64,000 nt of DNA from Mobula hypostoma (lineage: Eukaryota), in assembly GCF_963921235.1 (NCBI RefSeq), contig NC_086119.1, positions 32,550,001 through 32,614,000 of the forward strand. Reading direction: 5' to 3'. The notes under the pieces were generated by a model, which saw only the letters and a list, made by a program, of their open reading frames with translations, was not told the DNA's origin and did not search any database. Positions 1-13,304 of this stretch are shown in pieces. Position numbers and translations under genes: made by a program. Within the stretch, counting starts at the first letter, position 1, and every line of letters begins with the position of its first letter.

Positions 1-210
1 GGAATGCTCTGCCCCAGAAGGCTGTGGAGGCCAAGTCTCTGGATGCTTTCAAAAAAGAGATGGATAGAGCTCTTAAAGATAGTGGAATCAAAGGTTATGG
101 GGATAAGGCAGGAACTGGATACTGATAGTGGATGATCAGCCATGATCACAGCGAATGGCGATGCAGGCTCGAAGGGCCGAATGGCCTACTCCTGCACCTA
201 TTGTCTATTG
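1..210 (+). mobile_element. CR1-clade LINE 3' end
   Basis: End of ORF2 (WNALPQKAVEAKSLDAFKKEMD), CR1 3'UTR with gggccgaatggcct stem and (tattgtc)n tail. Confidence 0.9.
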
Positions 211-1271
211 TAAATCCATTACTGATTTGGCAGTAAATTTTGAATGTACCAGCATTCTCTAGTATTACAGTTGGGAATTCACTTCGGCGGCCATGCACCA
301 GTCAAACTTGACACAGTACTAAACTTCCCTTTTCCTACAAACAAATGTCCAGTCAGCTTTATTTTATTTTCTTGTTTTAATCATTTATTAGGGTTTAAAT
401 GTATCCAAAATTAATTATATTATAAAATATCTTTACTTTTGTAAATTATTTACAGCAATATTAATAATTTGTGAACATTTCTAATATCAAAGACATTTAA
501 AGTATTAATATCTGCCAGCTTTCATGGCTGGTGAGTCTGCCCAGCATTTCCTCGTGCCAAAGACGGTCAGTAGGCCCTGCCTCAGCATTATGATCTCTGA
601 GGATGATTTGTGCTGAGATCTTGCTACCCAGCTCCTGGGTTGGAGATTCTGAACACATCTGGTTTTTCTGCATCAGCTTCAGGTAAGTGTTTAGTGAAAG
701 AAGCACATTGGTCTGTCAGACTCTTCTTGGTCCTTCTGTGTAAGGAGTTGCAGTAACCTTCAAGGTACCGAATTATTAGCTGAGTGATGGACAACTATAG
801 ATATGACCACAGTGAAGTCTCTATGAGGACAGACCACAGTTTAGGTTCTCTGCTGCCACTGGATACTGATGGACTGGGCCTGGGATAAAGACCTCTCAAA
901 CTTAATAATAAACTGAGAAATGAAACACTGACCATTTTGACATATCATTGTAGCAAATTAGTGAATTGACTGGAGTAGAGAATAATAACTGAGACACAAG
1001 AAACTATGGTTATTGTCGCAACCCAAAATGTTGACAGGCTATTTCCTTCCACAGATACTGCCTTACCACTGAGTTCATACAGTGAATGATAATTCTGGAG
1101 AGCAAAATTGCAAATTTTGGTCGTTTGCAATTTGTTTATTATTGTCACGTGGTCCAAGATACAGAGAAAATCCTTAGTGTGCTTGCCTTCCAAACAGTAC
1201 ATTCCATACGTAAATATATCAAGGTAGGTCAAAAGAAAAAGATGGAACGAAGAATATTGTGTTACAGAGCG

Positions 1272-1368
1272 ACACACGCAAAAATGCTGGAGGAACTCAG
1301 CAGGTTAGACAGCCTCTCTAGGGAGGCATATGCAGTCGACATTTCGGGACAAGACCTTTCATCATCAC
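1272..1368 (-). mobile_element. Old PLE-terminus-derived fragment with decayed hammerhead motif
   Basis: Minus strand reads atgatga-aaggtcttgtccc-gaaatgtc-gact followed by the pLTR downstream segment. Confidence 0.65.
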
Positions 1369-2555
1369 AAGGCGTTCCAGTTATAGAGAAAAATGCAGCA
1401 CAGGTTGACAAATAAAATGCATGGGGTCACAACGAGATAGATGAAAGCATCCGGAAAAACATGCAGCCAGCTCGATTTTGGCCACTCTGCATGAACCAGC
1501 ATAAACTGCCAGAGCCACACACCATCAAGACAACTTAGATCAGGGGTCCAGTAGAATCCTGAGCACCCGCAATGAAAATCATCCCAGTTCTACCTATGTC
1601 TTCCACTGCATGCAAAAATATTAAACACTTGGTTCAGTCACGAAGATGCTGGCAGCAACAACCTCTTGTAGTGTGCTTTATTGTTGGTACATCGACAGTA
1701 GTACTAATAAGAGTGATTGGAAATATAGTACTGTGCAAACGTGGAGAAGAGAGCAAGTTTGTAAATCTGGTGGGAGCAAAGCATGTCGGGAATGCCAAGT
1801 GTGGAGGGGTGTGGGACAGGTGGCAGAGAAGGAGGGCCAGGGGCGGGGTGTGACGTGGGTCCAGATACATCCAGCCCTGAGACACCAGGCAAGGTACTTT
1901 GATTCCAAACAACTGGTTTATTGATCTTTACAGAATTTGTCTCTGGTGCTTCCCACTCCCTCCCCTCTCCTTTCCTCTTTTCCCAACCATGTTTCCCCTC
2001 TCCCTGCCTCCTTCCCACTTTCAGTCCACAATAGAGACCCCTATCAGAAACAGGCTTATCATCCTTTGGAAGGGGACACTAGCAGGGATGATCGCAGAGC
2101 AGCAAAGTTCCCCCTAAGGTGTGCTCATGTGCGTGCACACACATATTTTGCTATTAGTGCACAGAAGAATTTAAACTGCACTCTAAAGGTTGTCCCCTCT
2201 ACCTTGTTGGCATGTTAAGTATATTTCATGATCACATTTCCTTTTCCGGTTTCTGATATGGATGGTGTTGACAACGTGGAATTTGCGATGATTTGTCTGC
2301 AGCTTTTAGAACTGGCTTATTTATTCTGTTTTTATTGAAGAAATTACTGATACACTATGTCACATTCCGAAGAAACAAAGGGCATGAAGCGCTAAAGAAC
2401 TTCGAGTTCACTTGAAGCAGAATGGCTTATTATCCTTAAAATAGCTTCAGGTTTACTTCTACTTAAAAATCCAGTGCACACATGTTGTCGTCACTGAGCA
2501 AAACATTACACAGCACAAGAGTTTTGTGCACACTGGTCATTACAAATTAGAGGGA

Positions 2556-4631
2556 ACATCGCTGAACAGCAATGGCTGGAGCTTCTGGGAGCAAATCGGA
2601 AGGCACAAGATAGATACATCACAAAGAAGTGCAAGATCTCTTGGGGCAGGATGATGCAACAATGGCAGGCAGGGAAGTCAAAGCCACATGAAAACAAAAG
2701 AGAGAGCATATAATAGAGCAAAAATTAGAGGGAAGTTTGAGAATTGGGAATTCTTTAAAAACCAATAGACGGCAATGAAAAAAAATAACATAAGGGGGAA
2801 AAGATGAAATATGAAATTAAGTGAGCTAATAATATCAAAAATAAGACCCTAATTTTTTTTTAAGATATATAAAAAGTAAAAGAGAGGCGAGAGTAGATAT
2901 TGTACCACTGGAAAATGATGTTGGAGAGATAATAATGGAGGAAAAGGAAACAACTGAATAAATATTTTGCATCAGTCATCACTACAGAAAACATTAGTAG
3001 TAAGCCAGAAGTTCGAGGGTGTCAAGGGGCAAAGTGAGTGCAGTTACTATTAGTAGGGAGATGGTCCTTGGGAAACTGAAAGGTTTGAAGGATGATAACA
3101 AAGCTGGACCTGATGGACTACACCCCAGGGTTCAAAAGAGGTGGCTGAAGGGATTATGGAGTCATTATTAATGCTCTTTCGAGAATCAAAAGATTCTGGC
3201 ATGGTTTGAGAGGGCTGGAAAATTGCAAATGTCACTCCAGTCTTCAAGAAGGAAGTGTGACAGAAGAAGGGAAATTCTAGGCCAGTTAGCTTGGCCTCAG
3301 TGGTTGGGAAGATGTTGGAGTCAATTGTTAAGGATGTAGTTTCGAAGTACTTGGAGGCAGGTGACAAAATAGGCCAAAGTCAGCATAGTTTCCTTTAGAG
3401 AAAATCTTCCCGAACAAATCTGTTGAAATCTTTGAAGAAGAAGCAGGATAGACAAAGGAGAATCAGTGGATGTTATGCATTTGGATTTTTCAGAAAGCTT
3501 TTGACATGGTGCCACACATGAGGCTGCTAAACAAGATAAGAACCCAGGGTATTACAGGAGAGATAATGGAATTGAAAGAGCATTGACCGATTGGCAGGAA
3601 GCAAAGTTTGGGAATAAAGGTGTCCTTTCAGATTGACTGTCAGTGGCTACTGGTGTTCTGCAAGGGTTTGTGTTGGGACTGCTTCTTTTTATATTTTGTG
3701 TCAACAGTTTGGATAATGAAACTGATGGCTTTGTGGTCAAGTTTGCAGAAGATAGAAAGTGTTGAGGAAGCTGAGAGGCTGCAGAAGGACTTAGGCAGAT
3801 AGGAGAACAGGCAAAGAGGTGGCAGATGGAAAGCAATGTTGGGAAGTGTATGCTCAAGCATTTTAGTAGAAGAAATAAAAGCATATTTTCTAAATGGGGA
3901 GAAAATCCAAAATTCCAAGTTGAAAAAGGGGATTTGGGAGTCCTCATGCAAGGTTAATTTGCAGGTTGAATCGGCGGTGAGGAAGGTGAATATAATGTTA
4001 GCATTCATTTCAAAAGGACTAGAATATGAAAGCAAGGACATAATGCTGAGGCTTTATAAGGCACTGTTGAAGCCTCACTCGAAGTATTGTGAGCAGTTTT
4101 GAGCCGTTTATGTGCTGACATTTGAGAGGGTTCAGAAGAGGCTCACGGGAAGGATTCCAGGAATGAAAGGGCTATTTTATGAGCAGTGATTGAAGACTCT
4201 GGGCTTGTACTCACTAGAATTTTAAAAAGTGGTGATGGGTGGGGGGAATCTCATTGAAATCTATTGAATGTTGAAAGGCCTCGATAGAGTGCATGTGAAG
4301 AGGACGATTCCTTTGGTGGGGTAGTCTAGGACCCGAGGGATCAACCTTGAAATAGAGGGATGTCCATTTTTAACAGAGATAAGGAGGAATTTCTTTAGCT
4401 AGAGTATGGTGAATCTGTGGAATTCGGTGCCACAGGCGGCTGCGAAGGCCAAGTTACTGGGTGAATTTAAGGAGGAGGTTAATAGGTGCTTGATTAGTCA
4501 GGTTGTGAAACATTATGGAGAGGAGGCAGGAGAACTGTTTTGAGAGGAAAATGGATCAGCCATGATGATGTGACTGAGCAGGCTCGATGGGCCAAATGGC
4601 ATACATCTGCTCCTATGTCTTATGGTCTTAT
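2556..4631 (+). mobile_element. Decayed CR1 LINE ORF2 (RT) plus 3'UTR
   Basis: Frameshifted motifs (GPDGLHP, ANVTPVFKK, GNSRPVSL, LDF..AFD.VPH, LYKALLKPHSKYCEQF); tail tatgtcttatggtctta. Confidence 0.9.
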
Positions 4632-5879
4632 AAGTTACATATGTCATGAAATTTGATTTTTTTGTGACAGTGCAATACATAAAATTACTTCAGTACTATG
4701 CAAAAAGTCTTAGGCACCTTAGCACTCTCTCTCTCTATATATATATATAAATGACTTTTGCACAGAGTACTAAACTTCAGTAATGCATTGAAGTAAATGT
4801 TTGTCCAAGCAGCAACTGGGTGAAACAAATGGAAGGTAAGACAGTGGTCACATGGGAAATATGCTCTTTCCAGCAAAAGATATTAAATAAGCACTTGCAA
4901 AGTAAAGAGCCTGGGGGAGTAAGCAAACCACCAGATTCATAAATCATTATTAACTCCTTTGCTGGCTCTCTGATTTACAATGGAGCTTAGGTTACACTGC
5001 AAACTCCAGATGTGTTAATTTTATCCATTTAGTACACTTTTTGCATGGCAGAGAGCAATAAATATGTCCTCATCAAGATGATGGATGCCATATTACAGCC
5101 TGATGCTTTCTTTCCCTCAGATGGTTTCTCTGAAACATCAAGGACTCCCTGGCCAGTTATAGCAGAGTCAAGCTCTTTCAACTTCAATCCAGCTGCTACT
5201 TCAAGCCTTCAGTGACATCTCTGTCCCATTAACTGCACTCTTGCTAACCTGCTCAGTATGATGTTTATACTTTCAGTACTAGGCACTCTGTTTTTTCCCA
5301 GGTACACTAGCAATTTAGTGTCAATTTGTCCTGAATTGTTGGTAGTTTCCCACTGTGAGCTCTTGTCTGCTAGCAATTGTTCTGAGTTTATCCAAATTGG
5401 TTTCATTTAAGACAAGTACCTTTAGGAGAGGGCTGAAATCCACACAAGAGCACTGTATTTTAATTCAATCTCAGACCCAAGAGACTCAAAAGTCTGCAGC
5501 TCTCTTTGTTTGCTCCTTTGATTTCCATTTACGGGCTTAATTGCTAATTTTGCCTCGTTTTATTTGCAGTTGCTTCAAAGGGTGACAAGAAACAAGAATG
5601 AAGCCAAGTCCTGGAGCTTCTCATCATTATTTGTAAAATGACAGATGAGGTGCTGCTGTTGCTCAGTCTCAGAAAGAGCTGATTCACCAGGCAGGGTGTG
5701 AATCCCATTTCTGACCAGTGTAAGGGAGAGTGGGCAGTTGAGCTTGTCTGCAATAGGATCAAAGATAATTGGTTTCAATTTATTATTGCCACCACTACTG
5801 AGATACAGTGAAAAGCTTTTGCTTGCATACCTTCCAGAGGATTCATTCCATACATAACTATAGTTATTTTAATTTTTGG

Positions 5880-6508
5880 GATGATGATGATTATGAAGAC
5901 ACGTAGTCCTCTTTTATTGTCATTTAGTAATACATGCATTAAAAAATGATACAATATTTCCTCCGGTGTGATATCACAAAACACCGGACAAACCAAGACT
6001 GAAAAAACTGACAAAACCACATAATTATAACATTTAGTTACAAACAGTGTAACAATACCATAACTTGATGAAGATGTCCGTGAGCACAGTAAAGTTCAAA
6101 GTTTCTCAAATGTCCCACACCTCACGCAGACAGGAGAAGGAAGAAAAACTCTCCCTGCCATGCTGACCACAATCCAACTCTGAGTCATCCGAAAACTTCG
6201 AGCTCTGATCAGCTCTCTGACACCGAGTACTGAGCGCCATCTCTGTCCGAACGATTCGACCTCCTTCTCGGTCGCCAAAGGCAGGCAAGGCCGGGGATTT
6301 TGAGGCCTACCCTCAGAAAGATTCATGACCACACAGTAACAACAGCAGCGAACGGGTGTTTCAGAAATTTCTCCAGATGTTCCTCTGTGCTTTCATGTCC
6401 ATTCTCCATCAAATCAGAATTGTCCACGGCCCCTATTTAACAGATACGATATCATTTTTCACCGGAGGGCTGCGTACATGCGGCACACCGCCATCTTCTC
6501 CTCCCGCC
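5880..6508 (-). mobile_element. Non-autonomous LINE-dependent element, family A, copy 1
   Basis: Collinear with 32345-33015 and 52531-53186; 5' end gggaggagaagatggcg, 3' aataaa plus (atc)n tail; no coding domain. Confidence 0.8.
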
Positions 6509-6509
6509 T

Positions 6510-6778
6510 GCAGTGTGGGTTAGACCATTCTGACCCTTTGAGCAGCGCCACCCAGCAATACCCCGATTTAACCCTAGTCTAAACATGAGACAACTTATAA
6601 TGAACAATTAGCCTACCAACTGGTACATTGTTGGACCGTGGGAGGAAACCAGAGCACCCAGAAGAAACCCACGCAGTCAGAGAAAATGTACAAACTCCTT
6701 CCAGGCAGTGGCAGGAAATTAACCCGTGTCATTGGTACTGCAGAGCATTGTGTGAACCACTATGCCACCATGCTGCCA
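6510..6778 (-). mobile_element. tRNA-derived V-SINE (HE1-like)
   Basis: A-box-like tggcatagtgg, V-domain ctctggtttcctcccac, CR1-like tail. Confidence 0.75.
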
Positions 6779-7754
6779 TATTGAGGTAGGTCAAAAAATG
6801 TAAATATTGTGTTACAATCACAGAGGAAGTGTAACACTATATTCAGTGTACAATCGGTGAATGACAGGCTGGATTGCTGGGAACTGTACCATCAATTTGT
6901 GGGAAATGTCACTCAGGGTCTTGGGTTATATAAGTATTCTTTATTGCGTGACTATGTTTTTTTTACGCTATTTTGAAAGTAATAATAATAAATAAACATG
7001 TAAATCTATTACGTATATTGATGTAAACGAAGGATAGATCTATATGGAAAACCATGGTCACCAAAGTCCACATCGGATATGATACTTAGACATTTTGAAA
7101 GTGCTGTGTTTTTTTTGCACCTTGACCCCCTGAGGAATGCTCTTTCGTTCGGCTGTATCCATGTATGTATGAAAGATAATTAAACTTGATTTGATTTGAA
7201 TGTGCAATGCAGGTAGACAAGTAAGGTGCAAGGGCTACAAAAAGGTAGATTGGGAGATTTTAATTTAACTCACAAAACAGTCTCTTACACCCTGCTGGAT
7301 GTTACTTTTGACTGAAGACGAATGGAGTTAAACATCAGTGGGGATTCCAATAGCCATCCTATCCAATTCTCCTGCCGCCCATGTTCGGATAAGTTTAGCC
7401 CTGCAGGGCTGGAAACATAACATTGAAAGGGGGTGTTAAAATGAGGAGCACCATTCAGGGGATTTACATAGACAAAACTCTACGACTCTCTATAGAACTG
7501 GCTGTCAGATGTAAAAATGTTGAGGATAAATCATAAAGCTTAAATGCTGTTGTTAGGGTGCGACTCATGCGATCAGAGGCTGCCAAGAGGAGAAAGCTCA
7601 AGGGAAGGTCAATAGGGCTAAATCATGCCTTGGGGGATGTTGCAAAATGATATTTTGTTTATATTTGTCGCCTGATTGTTTTCTTCAATCCAATTTAAGA
7701 CAGAGGAAAATCAAGTTGCGAGTATTCTACATGTGAATTTAATATCACCATTTT

Positions 7755-10155
7755 TCAAAGTTCAAAGTAAATCTATTATGAAAGTACATATATGTCACCT
7801 AATTACAACCCTGAGATTCATTTTCTTGTGGGCAAACTCAATAAATCCACGACAAAATAATAACCATAATAGAATCAATGAAAGACCACCAACTTGGTTG
7901 CTCAGCCGGTGTGCAAAAGACAACAAACTGTGAAAATACAAAAAAGAGATTTAAAAAGTATGAATAAATAAGCAATACATATCAAGAACATGAGATAAAG
8001 GTGAGTCCATGGGCTGTGGGAACATTTCAGTGATGGGGCAAGTGAAGGTGTCCCCTTTGGTTCAAGGGCATGATGGTTGAGGAGTAATAACTGTTCTTGA
8101 ACCAGGTGTGTGAGTCTTGAAGCTCCTCAATTCAGCGATTCAGGAACAGCTTCTTGCCCCCTGCCATCCGATTCCTAAATGGATAGTGAATCTTTGGACA
8201 CTACCTCATTTTTTAAAATTCACAGTATTTCTGTTTTTGCACATTTTTAATATCGATTCAATATACATAATAGATTTACATGTTTATTTATTATTATTTT
8301 TTTCTGCTCGATTATGTATTGCAATGAACTGCTGCTGCTAAGTTAACAAATTTCACGTCACATGTCGGTGATAATAAGCCTGATTCTGATTCTGATTGCT
8401 GTACCTTCTTCCTCATAGCAGCAGCAAGGAAAGAGTATGACCTGTGTGCTGGGGGTCCCCGATGATGGACCGTGCTTTCCTGCAACAATGCTCCATGTAG
8501 ATGCTCTCAATGGTGGGGAGGGCCTTACCCACGATGCACTGGGCTGCATCCATTACTTTTTGTAGGATTTTCCATTCAAGGGCTTTGGTGTTTCCATACC
8601 AGGCTGTGATGCCGTAGGTTTTTGGAAATAAAATGACGTGAGGCATTTTATGTATTAGAAAACCCGCAGCAACCCATTTATTGAACACCAAAAACTGAAC
8701 CCAACGCATGCTAAAACCCTTTATGTAATTACATCATCACGTCAGACCAGCCTCTTAAAGTGAAACCCCAATTTAATGTCAGTGGTTGCGAATGCTGTAC
8801 AATTCCGCTAATTACGTTACCCTGTAATGCAGCCAGTCAACATACTCTCCACCACACATCTACAGAAATTTGTCAAAGTCTTAGATGTCATGCCAAGTCT
8901 TTGCAAACTCCAAGGGAAGTAGAGGCGCTGTCATGCTTTCCTTGTAACTGCATTTACATGCTGGGCCCAGGACAATTTCTCTGAAAATGATAACACCAAG
9001 GAATTTAAAGTTGCTGACCCTCTCCACTTCTGTTCCTCTGATGAGGACTGACTTGAAGACCTCTGGTTTCCTCTTCTGGAGTTAATAATCAGCTCCTTGG
9101 TCTTACTGACTTTAAATAAGAGGTTATTGTTGCGGCAACACTCAGCAAGATTTTCGATTTCCCTCTTATATGCTAATTCATCACCACCTTTGATTCAGCC
9201 TACAGCAGTGGTATCAATAGCAAACTTAAATGAGTCATTGGAGCTGTGCTTAGCCTCACAGTCAAAAGTGTAAAGCAAGTAGAGCAGGGGGCTAAGCACA
9301 CAGCCTTGCGGTACACCTGTACTGTAGGAGATTATGGAGGAGATGTTGTTGCCAGTCTGAACTGACTGGGGTCTGCAACTGAGGAAATCGAGGATCTAAT
9401 CCTTATGAGGAGGTATTGGGACCAAGGTCTTGAAACTTATTGATTAGTTTTGAGGGGATGGTAGTATTGAATGTTGAGCTGTAGTCAATAAAGAGCATCC
9501 TGATGTATGTGTCTTTGTTCATCCACAAGCTGAGTGAAGAGCCAATGAAATGGCATCTACTATGGACCTGTTGCACCAGGCAGGAGTTGATATGTTTCAT
9601 CACCAACCTCTCAAAACACTTCATCATTGTGGACGTAAGTGTTACTGGACCTTATTCATTGAGGTAGGTTACCACGTTCTTCTGAGGCACTGGTATAAGT
9701 AAAGTCTGCTTGAAGCAGGTAGGTATCTTAGAGTGCCAAAGCGAGAGGTTAAGTATCTCAGTGAGCACTCCAGCCAGTTGGTCAGCTCAGGTCTTTAGTT
9801 CCTTGCCAGGTACCCCATTTGGGCCGGATGCTTTTTGTGGGTTCACCCTCCTGAAGTCTGCTCACACGTTGGCCTCAGAGAATCATCGGGAACTGTGGGA
9901 GTTTGTGATGGTTCCTCTGTATTTTGATGGTTAAAGCGAGCATAGAAGGCATTAGGCTCATTGGAAGTGAAGCCCTGTTGTCACCTATGTCACTTGATTT
10001 TAGTTTATGAGAGGTGGTATTATTCTAGCTCTGACACAACTATTGACCAATCTTTGTTGATTCAAGTTTAGTTCAGAATTGCCACTTCTCCTGTGAGATG
10101 GCTTTCCAGAGATTGTACCAGGACCTCTTGTAACTTCCTGGGTCACCAGACTTGA
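7755..10155 (-). mobile_element. Decayed Rex1/Babar LINE (RT to 3'UTR), interrupted
   Basis: MKCFERLVM, RMLFIDYSSTFNT, ITAWYG, LQKVMDAAQ motifs; (tttgaac)n tail; interrupted by a solo LTR and a + strand 3' fragment at about 8140-8397. Confidence 0.85.
8613..8826 (-). mobile_element. Solo LTR of the Gypsy family at 36385-40514
   Basis: Reverse complement aligns to LTRs 36385-36589 and 40310-40514 (actttaagaggctggtctga core); 4-bp TSD atgc at 8609-8612 and 8827-8830. Confidence 0.85.
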
Positions 10156-10413
10156 ATGCTATTTTACACCGTCGTTCAAAGTTAGAACCACACCTAATGG
10201 AACAAAGCAACAAACGAGATGCTGAAGGGATTTTACAGGCCAACCCATGGAGGAAAATGGACAGTCAATACTTTGTGTTGAGATCCTTCATCTGGACTGG
10301 ACACTGGAAACATGTATGTATTCCCAGTGGCACAAACTCTAAATCCTTTCTTTGCCAGCAAAACAAGGTCACTATTAAATTGAAATGTTCATTGTATCTA
10401 AATAGGAATCATT

Positions 10414-10801
10414 TGTCATGGTTCCGTTAGGCTGTTCCCCTTTAACGCTCCTTTCTCCCTGATTATGCCCTAATTTCGGCCATTAGATTTCCAATTGCTG
10501 CTAGTTTACTTAATTACGGTACACCTGGTTTGCATCAGAGACTGTGAAATATGTACGATGGTGTCACCAGACAGGTTGCAAGTTTGTTGGTCTATTCTTG
10601 TGTGATACTTCATTCTCTCGTCCGCTTAGAACCATTAGTTCTAAGTTCTGCTCTAGTTTCAAGATAGTCCCTGTAGATCCCGTCTGCTTGTCAAGATTCC
10701 TCCAGTTTGCTGTTCTACGTTCACGTCTACGCCAGCATCCCCAAGTCAGTCGACGTGCCGGTGTCCTGCACTTGGGTTCTCCTCAGTCGCCCCGTGCAAC
10801 A
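10414..10801 (+). mobile_element. Probable solo LTR
   Basis: TG...CA termini, near-TSD tcatt/ttatt, shares gcacttgggttct motif with 26506-26837. Confidence 0.6.
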
Positions 10802-10826
10802 TTATTACTCAGCACACTCTCTGATA

Positions 10827-12019
10827 CACGCAGTGAAGACTTTATTAGCCATCTCCTGTACCTAGGAAAGTGGCCACTGAGTGCATATTCGTGGTCTTCT
10901 GCTGCTGTAGCCTACCTACTTCAAGGCTCTACATGCTGTGTGTTCAGTGCTGCTCTTCTGCACACTACTGTTGTCATGTGTGGTTATTTGAGTTACCGTC
11001 GCAATCCGGTCAGCTTGAACCAGTCTGGCCGTACTCCTCCGACCTCCCTCATTAACAAGGCATTTTTCACCCACAGAAGTGTCACTCACTGGATAATTTT
11101 TTTTCTGTTTTTTGCACCATTTTCTGTAAATTCTAAAGTCTGTTCTGCTTGAAAATCCCAGGAGATCAGCAGTGTCTGAGATTCTCAAACCATTCCCTCT
11201 AGTACCAACAATCAGCCCACAGTCAAAGTCACTTCGATCACATTTCTTCCCCATTCTGATGTTTGGTCTGAACAACAACTGAACCTCTTGACCATGCTTG
11301 CATGCATTGAGCTGCAGCTACACGATTGGCTTATAAGATACTTGCATTAATATGCAGGTGAAATGAAATGAAGTATCTTTATTGTCATTGCATAGTACAA
11401 TTTGTCATGCACCAATACAGCAAAAATGAGTTTGCAACTCTTATACTCAATGCTATAAAACAACAAATAAATTAAATAAACAATAAATAAAATCAAGTAA
11501 CCAGCCAGTACAAGCAATGTCCAGCAGTACAAAAGCACAACTCAGATGCACCACAGCCATAAAACCAGCATTAAAGTAGCAATATAACAAATTTATGAAT
11601 GTTGCTTGAACGATTGGTTCAGAGCAATTATAGCTCTGGGGAAAAAGCTATTTTTCAGTCTGGAAGTGCAGGCATAGAAAATCTTATAACATCTGCCAGA
11701 TGGAAGAAGTTCAAATGGATGATTGCACGGGTGTGTATTGTCCTTACAGATGTTTGTAGCTTTCCTTAGGCAGTGAGAGCTGTAGGTGTCCTCCAGGGCT
11801 GGGAGTTGTGTCCCGATGATCTTCTGTGCGCTAGAGACGACCCGCTTAAGTGCTTTCCTATCAGCTGCTGTACAACTGAGGTACCACACAGAGATGCAGT
11901 ATATTAAGATGCTCTCTATGGTGCAGCGGTAAAAGGTCACCAGCATTTCTTCAGGTAGACCGGCTTTCTTTAGCGTCCTGAGGAAAAACAAGGTGTACCT
12001 AATAAAGTGGCCCCTGGTG
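10827..12019 (-). mobile_element. Tc1-like deletion derivative (DNA-binding domain only), with nested LINE fragment
   Basis: TA-flanked TIR-like ends (cctaataaagtgg); ORF 10916-11278 MGKKCDRSDFDCGLIVG...ADLLGFS is a Tc1 N-terminal HTH; homologous to 19525-20082. Confidence 0.85.
11361..11990 (-). mobile_element. Rex1/Babar LINE 3' fragment nested in the Tc1 derivative
   Basis: ORF 11593-11991 FFLRTLKK...FYRCTIESIL...LLPSGR...RLKNSFFP; (tttca)n tail; aggtg duplicated at both junctions. Confidence 0.85.
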
Positions 12020-12346
12020 TATGTATCAGTTATTCACACAATAAAACTGCACGATGAAGATTACTGGTTTTGGATATATAACCTAATAGGCAAACTACTC
12101 AATTATTGTTATTTTATAATTGTTATGGAACCAAAATCTTATCTATTAACTAAGTTTGCAAATGTTGTGCCAACTGGAGACCTTTCTACTGATTCTACAA
12201 TCCTGTCAAATCTCACCAGATGTTCTAAAGAGCAGCTGGTCAGCAGCAGTACTCACTTTCTGGTCAGGGAAAGTGCTTTGGCTGTTTCATGCTGACTCTG
12301 CCTTGGGCTCATGGTCAGAATTCAACCCAGTCATCTGGAAAGTCTT

Positions 12347-12613
12347 CACAAACACGATAAAATATGCCGATGCTGGAAATCCAAGGCAAACGCACACAAA
12401 TGCTGGAGGAACTCAGCAGGTCAGATAGCATCTCCCTCATATATCACCACTACCTGTCACCTTGTGCTTCTACCTCCTCTCCCCCACCTTCTTGCTCTGA
12501 CTTCTCATCTTTTTTTTTCACAGTCCTGCAGAAGCATCTCGGCCCAAAACATCAACTGTTTATTCATTTCCATCGATGTCTGCCTGACCTACTGAGTTCC
12601 TCCAGCATTTTGT
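12347..12613. mobile_element. Old fold-back PLE-terminus element
   Basis: Inverted arms (tgctggaggaactcag / ctgagttcctccagca); decayed hammerhead at about 12522-12557. Confidence 0.7.
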
Positions 12614-13215
12614 ATCATTATTTTGTCTCATGTCTATGAATCTGTCATAAGCTTCCTGGTTCTGTCTAAAAAGTTTGTAAATATCCTAAATTGTAGCTGG
12701 CTTGTTTACTTGGTGTCATGAGACCTATTAAAAAAATTCCCACTGATAGTGAAGCTGTAGCATTGCGGATAAAATTGCAAGATTTTCTCAGTCCCAGTGA
12801 CACATGATAGGTTTGACTATCTTATAGGCTAAAAGGTGAAGAATGCATGTGAGAAGCAGCTCAGTTTTATGAAGTTGGGAGCCCTATTAGGACTAATATT
12901 TTATAATCTGTTCTATTGAGATTAATGAGGGTGGACCTCAATGAAATTATTGAATATTGAAAGGGATAGATAGAGAGGGTGTGGGGAGAATGTTTCATAT
13001 AGTGGGGAGTCTTGGAGGGCACATCTCTCATCTCTTTTCTTGGGGAGAAGGCAGGAAAGTGGGTTTGAGAGGAATAATAAATCAGCCACAATGGAATAGT
13101 GGAGCAAACTCAATGGTCCAAATGTTTTATTACTCTGATTCTCCAAAGGAAAAGAAAGAGATGAATCCCCTTTTTATCCCCCTCCCCCATCTCTTACTAT
13201 CTCTTTTTTTCCGTT

Positions 13216-13251
13216 AGTCCTGACGAAGGGTCTCGACTCAAAATGTCGACT
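13216..13251 (+). ncRNA. Minimal hammerhead ribozyme motif, mutated (GAAA>AAAA)
   Basis: agtc-ctgacga-agggtctcgactc-aaaa-tgtc-gact. Confidence 0.7.
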
Positions 13252-13304
13252 GTATTTCTTCCTATAGATGCTGCCTGGCCTGCTGCATTCCACCAGCATT
13301 TTGT

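Noticed and set aside
497-706. Short ORF and strong ag|gtaagt donor near 682
   Set aside because: No recognisable protein and no supported exon chain
5540-5760. Good-looking splice acceptor ttttatttgcag
   Set aside because: All three downstream frames stop within about 70 nt; a non-coding exon cannot be supported without RNA data
10544-11152. 202-aa ORF
   Set aside because: Spans a solo LTR and the antisense strand of a Tc1 derivative; chance open frame
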